Source: Draconibacterium orientale (lineage in GTDB: Bacteria > Bacteroidota > Bacteroidia > Bacteroidales > JAADGE01). Taken from it: a DNA stretch of 63,110 nt. This document shows, in pieces, positions 18,270 to 26,825 of the stretch. How positions within the stretch are numbered: the stretch's first letter is position 1; every line of letters starts with the position of its first letter. The notes beneath the pieces were generated by a model. The model made no database searches and was not told the DNA's origin. It saw nothing but the letters and a program-made list of their open reading frames with translations. The DNA is taken from assembly GCA_022729995.1 (NCBI GenBank), contig DZBS01000001.1:46930-110039 (forward strand). Direction: 5' to 3'. A program made the position numbers and the translations under genes.

Positions 18270-18890
18270 ATGCAAGACTTAATAAATATTTTCGTAAAGT
18301 CTATTTTTATCGACAACATGATTTTTGCTTACTTTCTCGGAATGTGTTCATACCTTGCAGTATCAAAAACTGTTAAAACTGCCACAGGACTTGGAATAGC
18401 CGTGATTTTTGTTTTAATAATTACTGTTCCGGTAAACTGGCTTTTGGAAAATTATATTCTTAAAAAAGGCGCATTAGAGTGGTTACTCGGCGGAAAAGCC
18501 TTAGATATTGATTTAAGTTTCCTTAGTTTCATAATGTATATTGCTGTAATTGCTTCGATGGTTCAACTCGTAGAAATGATAGTTGAAAAATATGCTCCTG
18601 CTTTATATTCTCAACTTGGAATTTTTCTTCCTTTAATTGCTGTTAATTGCGCAATTTTAGGAGCTGCACTTTTTATGCAAGAACGAGAATATGAAACAAT
18701 AGGCGAAGCCACAGTTTTTGCTCTCGGTTCCGGAGTCGGTTGGTTTTTGGCAATTGTAGGCATTGCAGCAATTCGCGAAAAAATGAAATATTCCGACGTT
18801 CCGGCACCGCTCAGAGGTATTGGAATTACATTCATCACAACCGGAATTATGGCAATTGCATTTATGTCGTTTATGGGAATTAAATTGTAA
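18270..18890 (+). CDS. nqrE: Na+-NQR subunit E
   Basis: 206-aa membrane protein ([11 protein letters not shown]), homologous to RnfA. Confidence 0.9.
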   Translation: MQDLINIFVKSIFIDNMIFAYFLGMCSYLAVSKTVKTATGLGIAVIFVLIITVPVNWLLENYILKKGALEWLLGGKALDIDLSFLSFIMYIAVIASMVQLVEMIVEKYAPALYSQLGIFLPLIAVNCAILGAALFMQEREYETIGEATVFALGSGVGWFLAIVGIAAIREKMKYSDVPAPLRGIGITFITTGIMAIAFMSFMGIKL

Positions 18891-18954
18891 TAGCAATATA
18901 GTTAAAATGCCGGTTTAAAGGCAAATTTTTATATCAATAATAATCTAAAATACA

Positions 18955-20220
18955 ATGACTCTATTAGAAATTTCTATATCAAGTGTAATGACAATCAGCA
19001 TTATAGCATTCCTTTTGTTGACTTTATTATTGGTTGCAGTTTTGTTGGTTGCTAAAGCAAAACTTTTACCTTCGGGAGAAGTTACTGTTACAATTAACAA
19101 CGACAGCGAAAATAAATTAACCGTTTCGCCCGGCAGCACATTATTATCTACTCTTCAAAACAATAAAATATTATTGCCTTCGGCTTGTGGAGGCGGCGGT
19201 TCATGCGGAATGTGCGAATGTGAAGTTCATGAAGGAGGCGGTGAAATTCTTCCTACCGAAAAACCTTTTTTCACCAGAAATGAAATAAAATTGAACAAGC
19301 GACTTGCTTGTCAAGTGAAAGTTAAAGAAGACATGAAAATTGAAATTCCGCAAGAAATTATGGGAATAAAAAAGTGGGAATGCGAAGTAATTTCAAATTA
19401 CAACGTTGCAACATTTATTAAAGAATTTGTTGTTAAACTGCCCGAAGGCGAATCTCTCGATTTTAGAAGCGGCGGTTATATTCAAATTGATGTTCCAAAG
19501 ATTGAAGTGAATTTTAAAGATTTTATTGTTGAAGAAGAATATAGAGGCGATTGGGATAAATCAAAAATATGGGATTTGACAATGAAAAATCCTGAAGAAA
19601 CATACAGAGCATATTCTATGGCCAACCATCCTGCAGAAGGAAATATTGTAATGCTTAATATTCGTATTGCAACTCCGCCGTGGGACAGAGCGAAAAATGC
19701 TTTTATGAATGTAAATCCCGGAATTTGTTCTTCATACATTTTCTCTCGCAAACCCGGCGATAAAGTTTCTGTTTCAGGACCTTACGGCGAATTTTTCATA
19801 AAAGATACTCAAAACGAAATGATGTTTATTGGCGGAGGAGCCGGAATGGCACCAATGCGTTCGCATATTTTTGACCAATTCCAAACTCAAAAAACAAAAA
19901 GAAAAGCTACTTTCTGGTATGGAGCACGCTCGTTAAGAGAAGTTTTTTATCAAGACCATTTTGATAAAATTGCTGCCGAAAATCCAAATTTTACTTGGAA
20001 TTTAGCTCTTTCAGAACCATTACCCGAAGATAATTGGACAGGACCTACAGGATTTATTCATCAAGTTATTTACGATTTGTATCTTAAAAATCATGAAGAA
20101 CCCGAAGATATTGAATATTATCTTTGCGGACCGCCAATGATGAATGCTGCCGTAGAAAAAATGTTATACGATTTGGGAGTTCCTAAAGAAAATGTAATGT
20201 TCGACGATTTTGGAGGTTAA
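18955..20220 (+). CDS. nqrF: Na+-NQR subunit F
   Basis: N-terminal TM helix, 2Fe-2S ferredoxin motif ([12 protein letters not shown]...C), and FAD/NADH domains ([18 protein letters not shown]). Confidence 0.92.
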   Translation: MTLLEISISSVMTISIIAFLLLTLLLVAVLLVAKAKLLPSGEVTVTINNDSENKLTVSPGSTLLSTLQNNKILLPSACGGGGSCGMCECEVHEGGGEILPTEKPFFTRNEIKLNKRLACQVKVKEDMKIEIPQEIMGIKKWECEVISNYNVATFIKEFVVKLPEGESLDFRSGGYIQIDVPKIEVNFKDFIVEEEYRGDWDKSKIWDLTMKNPEETYRAYSMANHPAEGNIVMLNIRIATPPWDRAKNAFMNVNPGICSSYIFSRKPGDKVSVSGPYGEFFIKDTQNEMMFIGGGAGMAPMRSHIFDQFQTQKTKRKATFWYGARSLREVFYQDHFDKIAAENPNFTWNLALSEPLPEDNWTGPTGFIHQVIYDLYLKNHEEPEDIEYYLCGPPMMNAAVEKMLYDLGVPKENVMFDDFGG

Positions 20221-20277
20221 TTTATTTAATATCCTAACAAAAAATAATAAACAATCTTTCATTTTATAATTCCGGCT

Positions 20278-20321
20278 TGCAGTCTTCAGTTGGCAGTATT
20301 TAAAATTTACTGAAGACTGCA
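20278..20321. terminator. 13-bp perfect inverted repeat between convergent genes (probable bidirectional terminator)
   Basis: tgcagtcttcagt (20278-20290) pairs with actgaagactgca (20309-20321) across an 18-nt loop. No strong T-run follows. It shares the 12-mer actgaagactgc with the 37.4 kb repeat array. Confidence 0.4.
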
Positions 20322-20358
20322 AACTGAATACTGTTGACTTTTATGTATATTGAAAATA

Positions 20359-20886
20359 TCATTTGAACTTTTTCATTTTCTTCTTCGAAATTAAATAACT
20401 TCCGTCATGGTTATTTTTAAAATCTGATAAATTTCCAAGATTAAAATAAAAATTTCCTTTTTTGAATGTAACGGCTTCAACTTTAAAAGCATAATGAGCC
20501 GGCACGTTATAGAAACCAATTTTCATTGTATCTTTCTTTAATATAAGTGTTTCCAGAATAAGATAATATCCGCAAAAGCCGTGAAATTCAACAACGGAAT
20601 CTTTTTCCGAAATCCATGAATGCAGTGAATTATTGTCAATTTTAAAAATATTTGAGTCCGAAAAAACTTCTGTAAAAGGAATAATTTCTTCATTTAACTT
20701 GTAATATTCACCTGCTTTTTTGATGTTAAAGTATTCTGTTTTTTTTGATATATTTTTGCAAATATTTTCATTTGAAATAGAATCTATAATCTCAAATTTT
20801 ATAGTTCCGCAACAAGTTTGGGAAAATGATTTATTTCCAAAAAAAAATATCGAAAATAAAATTAAGAATGAAAGATTTCGTTTCAT
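20359..20886 (-). CDS. Secreted hypothetical protein
   Basis: 175-aa ORF with a signal peptide. No recognised motif. Confidence 0.55.
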   Translation of the reverse strand: MKRNLSFLILFSIFFFGNKSFSQTCCGTIKFEIIDSISNENICKNISKKTEYFNIKKAGEYYKLNEEIIPFTEVFSDSNIFKIDNNSLHSWISEKDSVVEFHGFCGYYLILETLILKKDTMKIGFYNVPAHYAFKVEAVTFKKGNFYFNLGNLSDFKNNHDGSYLISKKKMKKFK

Positions 20887-21008
20887 AAATCATATTTTTG
20901 TTTTGATATAAATTTAATGATATTTTTTAAATTTTAATTCAAATTGTTTTACTTTTAATTTTTTGAAAAATTATTTTACAAAGTACTAACATTAATTACC
21001 TTTTAATT

Positions 21009-22454
21009 ATGAAAAATTTATTTACTGTTTTCTTTATAACGTTTTCTTTTAATGTAATATTCTCTCAAAACGCTTATGACATAAAAGTTGTGAGCGGAAC
21101 TTTTTTGGGAAACGAACAACGAAATTATTACGGTAACGAAGCTCCCGACAGACTCGATATTATTTGGAAACTTGATTTGGGCGAAGGTGTAAGTCCTGCA
21201 TACGGTTACGACAAAGTTTGGAAAGGAGCGGGCTGGACAGGTCAACCGCTTTTTATTCGCGAAAACGGAAAAGGATTTCTAATTCTTGGTGCTTTCGATT
21301 ACAATCTTAAGAAAATTGACGCTCAAACCGGTAAAATTGTTTGGGAATATAAATTTGATGATATTCTCAAAGGAACTGCAACTTTTTGGGAAAACAAAAA
21401 CGAAACAGACCTCGAAAAAAGATATATAATTATGCAAGGAAGCAGATTTGGCGTGAAAAATAAAATTACCGACGAATTTATTCCTTCATTTAGAGCAATT
21501 TCATATCTCACCGGAAAAGAACTTTGGCGATTGAATTCCAAAAAAACCGATTGTTACAGTCGCGATGTCGACGGCTCGGCGGTTGTTGTTAACGATACTG
21601 CATATCTTTGTTTAGAGAACGGGATTTTTACCGTTTTCAATCCAAATCCAGACAGCGTGCGAATGAAAGACGGAATGTTACAACCGCAGATTTATAAAGA
21701 AATTCAATATTATAATGCCGAAGATTTGAAAACTCACGGCGATGACGTTGTTTCAGAATCGTCGCCAACATATTTCAACGGAATTGTATACACTACTTCG
21801 GGTTCAGGTCATGTTTACGGACACGGAATTAGTGCCGATACAACCGTTTTTGATTTTTTCACGGGAACAGATATAAACGGCTCGGCTCCCGTAACAGACG
21901 ATTCGTGTTTGATTCTTCCGATAGAAAAACAATACACGGCAGGGCAGGGCGGTGTTATGAAAATTAATCCGCAAAAAACCGGAAACGATGCTGTTGTTTG
22001 GTATTATCCCACAGAAAATAAAACTTGGTATCATTGGGAAGGCGGAATTATCGGTTCGGCGTCGGTTAATGATGCTTATGTTGAAGGTGATTCTGTGAAA
22101 GTTGCCGTTTTTATTGATGTAACAGGACATTTGGTTGTTGTGGAACACAATAAAATTGATTCCGAAGATTTTTCAATAGGTACGGACGGAAAATCTGTAT
22201 TTCGCAAACCAAAAGTGCTTTTCGATTATCTTTTGCGAGGCACAATTTCAACTCCAATTATTGTAAAAGATAAAATAATTGCTGCAACCGATGCCGGAGT
22301 TTATCTTTTTAAAATCGATTTAAAGAAAAAAACTCTTGTTCTTTTAGATTCTGCCGTTAAGGATTCCGATTTTGACGCAACGCCTATTGCTGTTGACGGA
22401 AGAATTTATCTTGCCGGAAGAAACGGATATTTGTATTGTTTCGGAAAAAAATAA
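21009..22454 (+). CDS. Secreted PQQ-like/BamB-like beta-propeller repeat protein
   Basis: Signal peptide. Repeated G.VY/DG.IY blades and a C-terminal DGRIYLAGRNGYLYCFG. It is a paralogue of 42135..43664. Confidence 0.7.
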   Translation: MKNLFTVFFITFSFNVIFSQNAYDIKVVSGTFLGNEQRNYYGNEAPDRLDIIWKLDLGEGVSPAYGYDKVWKGAGWTGQPLFIRENGKGFLILGAFDYNLKKIDAQTGKIVWEYKFDDILKGTATFWENKNETDLEKRYIIMQGSRFGVKNKITDEFIPSFRAISYLTGKELWRLNSKKTDCYSRDVDGSAVVVNDTAYLCLENGIFTVFNPNPDSVRMKDGMLQPQIYKEIQYYNAEDLKTHGDDVVSESSPTYFNGIVYTTSGSGHVYGHGISADTTVFDFFTGTDINGSAPVTDDSCLILPIEKQYTAGQGGVMKINPQKTGNDAVVWYYPTENKTWYHWEGGIIGSASVNDAYVEGDSVKVAVFIDVTGHLVVVEHNKIDSEDFSIGTDGKSVFRKPKVLFDYLLRGTISTPIIVKDKIIAATDAGVYLFKIDLKKKTLVLLDSAVKDSDFDATPIAVDGRIYLAGRNGYLYCFGKK

Positions 22455-22455
22455 A

Positions 22456-22575
22456 GTTGGTGTGTTGATGTGATAATGTGATAATTTGGTGATGTGCTAA
22501 TGTGATAATTTGATGATGTGGAAATTTGAAAATTTGAAAATGTGAAAATGTGGAAATGTAGAAATTTGAAAATCC
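22456..22575. repeat. Octanucleotide tandem array, 15 units (consensus G-R-W-R-A-T-K-T)
   Basis: The units, read directly, are gttggtgt gttgatgt gataatgt gataattt ggtgatgt gctaatgt gataattt gatgatgt ggaaattt gaaaattt gaaaatgt gaaaatgt ggaaatgt agaaattt gaaaatcc. The array starts 2 nt after the stop codon at 22454. Confidence 0.85.
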
Positions 22576-22765
22576 CGAAAACGAAACGAGTTGTGTTAAT
22601 TTGAAAATCTACAAAAATCATAATAAGTAGTTTTAATCAAGTATTTTGTTTTTTTTATTCGTGCATTCGTGGCAAAAAATCTATTACTTATTACTTCATA
22701 CTAAATACTAAAAAGAAAAAGACCCGAAAAATTTATGTTTCTCAGGTCTTTTTTTGTTATAAATA

Positions 22766-23599
22766 TTATTTTTGCGATATTATTTTACGCACAATTTTAT
22801 TATCACTTTTATAAATTATTTGACCCGAAATCAAAGGAATTTTTGTGTCGTTAAGGTTTGTAAGCTTATATTTTACAGTATAAATACTTTTTGGAGGAAT
22901 ATTTAAAACTGTAAATTGAGCAATTTCGTTTGCAAAAGATGATTGAACTTTTTCATTGTTAACTACTTCAAAATTATAACCTTGCGGAATGCTTTCAAAT
23001 ATTTTCACTTCATTAATATCGGTATTGTTAATAATTAAATTTACATTGAAATTTCCGTAATTATCTGTAATAATTTCTCTTGTGCAACTAAATTCCGTAC
23101 TTACTGAAACCGGATTAAGATTGTTGTATGTAACAATTTTAGTATCATTATTTCCTATATTGTTCTGCGAATTTATCGGTTTATTTATAGTTAAAGTTAC
23201 AGGTTTTGTGGTTATTACGCCACGCATATTTTTTGTGAGATATGTAAATTTTCCGTTCAAAACGAATTTTCCTGTTATTTTTTTATCGGGTTGAATTTCA
23301 ACGCTTACAAAAAAATGTTCGTCGGCCGGAAGTCTCAGCCATGTTAAAGTAAGTTCATTATTTTTAACCGAAAATTCGGCTTCTCCGCTGTTTTTTTCCA
23401 CAATTTTAAAACCTTGCGGAAATTCTTGAGTGTATGAAGCGTAATTTCTCAGACTTTTTGGTTTTTCAAAAGTAATGTTGATAATAAATGTTTCGCCTTG
23501 ATTAATTATTTCGGGCATTATTGTAGTTACCGAAACATCATTTTGTGAGAATGAAAACAGTGAATTAAGAACAATTAGTGTTATGATAATATATCGCAT
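22766..23599 (-). CDS. Secreted hypothetical protein with two related beta-sandwich-like halves
   Basis: Signal peptide. The halves share FPQGFKIVEKN...F.V...L.L.WL.LP and IPQGYNFEVVN...FTVLNIPP patterns. Confidence 0.55.
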   Translation of the reverse strand: MRYIIITLIVLNSLFSFSQNDVSVTTIMPEIINQGETFIINITFEKPKSLRNYASYTQEFPQGFKIVEKNSGEAEFSVKNNELTLTWLRLPADEHFFVSVEIQPDKKITGKFVLNGKFTYLTKNMRGVITTKPVTLTINKPINSQNNIGNNDTKIVTYNNLNPVSVSTEFSCTREIITDNYGNFNVNLIINNTDINEVKIFESIPQGYNFEVVNNEKVQSSFANEIAQFTVLNIPPKSIYTVKYKLTNLNDTKIPLISGQIIYKSDNKIVRKIISQK

Positions 23600-23673
23600 A
23601 ATAAGTTTTTATTAGATTTTGTTGCAAAATTATTAATTAATTCAAATTTAATAAATAAAATACTTATAATGAT

Positions 23674-24396
23674 TTATAAATTTGATAAATATTTGTAATT
23701 ATCGTAAACAATTACCCATTTATCTTTCAAGAAAAATACTTTGTCGATTGTTACAGTTTGTTGTCCCAAATTTTTTAATCCGTTAACTAAATCTTCAGGA
23801 ATATTTTGAAAAATCATACCTTTTTCGGCATATAAAATTACCCAACCGGTTGATCCTACAAATGAAACATGTTTAATATTTTGATCTCTGTTTTGCAATG
23901 CTCTCAATCGTGTAATCAACGTTTCCGGAGCACTTTTTTCGTAAAAAGAATTTTTTCCGTATAAAAATATTTCTTTGTTTTCTGTAATATCGGCACATTT
24001 AAACATTACACCTTTTTCATTGGTTGTCTTAAGGATTTCGCGAAATGTTGAAGGCACAGAATCTGCATAATAACCGTTTTCTTGAAAAAGTATCATACAT
24101 GAATTATTACTAAAAAAATCTATATCTTTTAATATTAATTGGTTTGTTGCCAATGTATCTAAAATTGCTGAAACTTCTTTTGATGTTGAAATGTATGAAT
24201 ATCCGATATCGCCGTATAAAATCACCCAATTTCCGTCTTTGTCGGTTGTAATGCTGTTAATGTTATACCGGTTTGCCGAAATTGTGTCAAGTTCGCTTTT
24301 TAAAAGTTCAGGTTTTATAATTTGAGCGGATTGTGCAAAAATATTTCCGGAAATTAACATTAACATTAATACGATTGTTGAAATTTTTGTGTTCAT
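23674..24396 (-). CDS. Secreted hypothetical repeat protein (about 4 units with a WVILY/WVIVY core)
   Basis: Signal peptide. Repeats are DGNWVILYGDIGYSY, CMILFQENGYYA, TGWVILYAEKGMIF and DKWVIVYDNYKY. Confidence 0.55.
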   Translation of the reverse strand: MNTKISTIVLMLMLISGNIFAQSAQIIKPELLKSELDTISANRYNINSITTDKDGNWVILYGDIGYSYISTSKEVSAILDTLATNQLILKDIDFFSNNSCMILFQENGYYADSVPSTFREILKTTNEKGVMFKCADITENKEIFLYGKNSFYEKSAPETLITRLRALQNRDQNIKHVSFVGSTGWVILYAEKGMIFQNIPEDLVNGLKNLGQQTVTIDKVFFLKDKWVIVYDNYKYLSNL

Positions 24397-24402
24397 ATTA
24401 TT

Positions 24403-24744
24403 TTAGTTTGATTGTTTATTTTGAATCCAAGTTCTGTTCGCATTTTCTTTGTCTTTATCTCTAAATGCTTTTTCTAAATCAATATTAAAACAGTTTGCCA
24501 AATCCAGCAAATAGTTTAAAACATCGGCAAATTCGCCTTCCATTTTATTTGGTTCAAGCTTTTTGGCTTCTTCGGCATATAAACCTGTGTAATTTCTTAT
24601 TTCTTTGGCCAATTCACCTATTTCTTCAGAAAACAAAAGAAATATTTCCAGATGATTATTTTTGTCCCAACCTCTTTCTATTCCGGTTTCTTTGATGTAT
24701 TTCTGTAAATCTGCCAAAGTTGGTTTTTCATTCAATAAGGCCAT
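24403..24744 (-). CDS. MazG-like nucleotide pyrophosphohydrolase domain protein
   Basis: 113 aa. EEIGELAKE and EGEFADVLNYLLDLAN are EExxE/ExxD metal-binding helix motifs of the all-alpha NTP-PPase fold. Confidence 0.7.
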   Translation of the reverse strand: MALLNEKPTLADLQKYIKETGIERGWDKNNHLEIFLLFSEEIGELAKEIRNYTGLYAEEAKKLEPNKMEGEFADVLNYLLDLANCFNIDLEKAFRDKDKENANRTWIQNKQSN

Positions 24745-24763
24745 TAATTTATTTTTTTGATTT

Positions 24764-24802
24764 AAAAAAAAAGATGCTTTTGTAAAAATACAAATAGCAT
24801 CT
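24764..24802 (-). terminator. Rho-independent terminator downstream of the TlpA-like gene
   Basis: The stem of about 13 bp, agatgcttttgta/tacaaatagcatct (one bulge), is followed on the - strand by T8. Confidence 0.6.
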
Positions 24803-24844
24803 AATATATGAAATTTTTTTAAATGAATATGTTCGGCAAACGTT

Positions 24845-25843
24845 TTATTCGCTAAAAATTTCTGTTAATTTTTTTTCTAAATCATCGCCTCTTAATCCTT
24901 TTGCAATTATTTTACCTTCTTTATCCAACAAAACTGTATACGGAATTCCGTGAACATTATAGGCTTTTCCGGCTGCCGAGTTCCAATATTTTAAATCACT
25001 CACGTGAGTCCAACGACCTAATTTGTCGTCGCTTATTGCTTTTAGCCAAGCATCTTTTGTTTGGTCGAGTGAAACACTGTAAATTTCAAATCCTTTGGGG
25101 TTAAATTTATCATACATTTTAATCATATTGGGGCTTTCCATTCTGCACGGACGGCACCAAGCTGCCCAAAAATCTATTAAAACATAATTTCCTTTTAACG
25201 ATGAAAGTTTAACAACTTGACCTTCCGGATTTTCCAATTCAATTTCCGGAGCTTGATTTCCAATTGCCAAATTCGATTCGTTTTTTACTTGGTCTTGAAA
25301 AGCTGAAACATAAGTATTTTCTTTGTATTCCGACAAACCTTCGGATAGTTTTTTGTATAAATCCATGTTTTCACTCATTTCAAGACTTTCGATAAAAAGA
25401 AGGCTTACAAGTGAATTCGGGTTTTCGTTTATTGTGTTAATTATTAATTCATTTTTTGCGGTTTCACCTTCAAGTTCGGTAAATTTGATGCTTGTTGAAT
25501 AGTAAAGTAGTGTTTGTTTTGAATTTTTTATTTCCGGATTTTTTAAATTATTGATATCAATATTGATAACAGCTTTTTCGCCCGGTTCGGGAATATATAA
25601 AACATATTTTTCTTTGCTGAAAGATATTTTATAATAATCCGAAATACCTATTTCTGTTTCAAAATAGTATTTTCCGTCTTTAATTTCCGATGTTGCAACT
25701 GTTGTTCCTGCCAGAATGTTTTCTAACGAAACTTTTGTATACTCGGAATTATTTGTGATTAATCCGTTTATAGTAATTTTTTGGCTTGCATTTGCCAAAA
25801 AAATGTTTAATACGATAATTAAACTTAATGTTATTTTTTTCAT
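24845..25843 (-). CDS. TlpA/ResA-like thiol:disulfide oxidoreductase with an N-terminal extra domain
   Basis: Signal peptide. C-terminal thioredoxin fold with FWAAWCRPC. Confidence 0.8.
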   Translation of the reverse strand: MKKITLSLIIVLNIFLANASQKITINGLITNNSEYTKVSLENILAGTTVATSEIKDGKYYFETEIGISDYYKISFSKEKYVLYIPEPGEKAVINIDINNLKNPEIKNSKQTLLYYSTSIKFTELEGETAKNELIINTINENPNSLVSLLFIESLEMSENMDLYKKLSEGLSEYKENTYVSAFQDQVKNESNLAIGNQAPEIELENPEGQVVKLSSLKGNYVLIDFWAAWCRPCRMESPNMIKMYDKFNPKGFEIYSVSLDQTKDAWLKAISDDKLGRWTHVSDLKYWNSAAGKAYNVHGIPYTVLLDKEGKIIAKGLRGDDLEKKLTEIFSE

Positions 25844-25931
25844 GAAATTGATTTTTATTGATACAATTTTAAAACGATATTGCGTTTAAATTATTTCGGT
25901 TCGTAATTATAAATTAAAAAACAAATGTAAT

Positions 25932-26825
25932 ATGAAAACTTTTTCAAAGCAAAAATTTGTATTTTTTTTAGGTTTAATAACAATTTTTTATTCTTTTTCA
26001 CTTTTCAGGTATTCATTTAAAGATAAGTATATTTCTGTGGAAGAAGCAATTAAAGCCGGAATTGTAGATGCTCAAATTACCGGAAAAGGCGGATATCAAG
26101 AAAATTGTATTAAACTTACAATGAAAAACATTGGCAACAATGATACATTAATAAGAGTTGAACCGGGACGAAGATTAGTTTCCGACGATACCACAATTCA
26201 AAATATTCTTATTATTAAAGAACTTCTGCTTTTTCTTAAAAAAGGCGAAAGTATAACAACCGATGTTTACGGGTTTTGCTGTCAGGCTCATAAAGGAGCA
26301 CCTTATTCAAAATCTAAATACAATGTTGGGTTTATGGAAGACAGTTCAATGATAAAGTTGGCTGAATTTTTTAATAAAAATGAATATCCTGTTTCTATTA
26401 TGCAAAATTCGGTTTGGTGTTTGAGCGACGGAAATTCTATGAATTCCATTTATAGTGGCGATGTTAAAGATATTGATAAAATGAAAAAGCTTTATAAGTT
26501 TATAGCCAATTTAAAAGGCGAAGTTTACGAGTTTCCTTGGTACACTTTAACATATTTACCTTCTCCCGAAAGAGTTTTTTCGGGCAATGCCGACAAATTG
26601 CACGGCGAAATTAATTATACGCTAAGTAATTATGCAACTGTTGATATTACAATTAGAGACGAAAAAAATATTTTTGTTGAAAATATTGTTGAAGATTCTC
26701 ATCAAGACAGAGAAGCTTATACTTATAAATTTGTTTTGAATGTGAAAAATTATAAAAAAGGGAAATATTTTTTAAGAGTTTTTGCCGATAATCAACAGAT
26801 TTTAATTAAGGAATTTAAGATTTAA
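25932..26825 (+). CDS. Hypothetical exported protein
   Basis: 297 aa with an N-terminal hydrophobic helix. The C-terminal beta-rich tail (GKYFLRVFADNQQILIKEFKI) is reminiscent of sorting-type beta-sandwich domains, but this is not diagnostic. Confidence 0.5.
   Translation: MKTFSKQKFVFFLGLITIFYSFSLFRYSFKDKYISVEEAIKAGIVDAQITGKGGYQENCIKLTMKNIGNNDTLIRVEPGRRLVSDDTTIQNILIIKELLLFLKKGESITTDVYGFCCQAHKGAPYSKSKYNVGFMEDSSMIKLAEFFNKNEYPVSIMQNSVWCLSDGNSMNSIYSGDVKDIDKMKKLYKFIANLKGEVYEFPWYTLTYLPSPERVFSGNADKLHGEINYTLSNYATVDITIRDEKNIFVENIVEDSHQDREAYTYKFVLNVKNYKKGKYFLRVFADNQQILIKEFKI

Noticed and set aside
22406-22621. 71-aa - strand ORF, and the possibility of a CRISPR array, at the octamer repeats
   Set aside because: The ORF is just the repeat read in one frame (NYHISTS-type iterations). 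The period is 8 bp with no spacers and no cas genes, so it is neither a CDS nor CRISPR.
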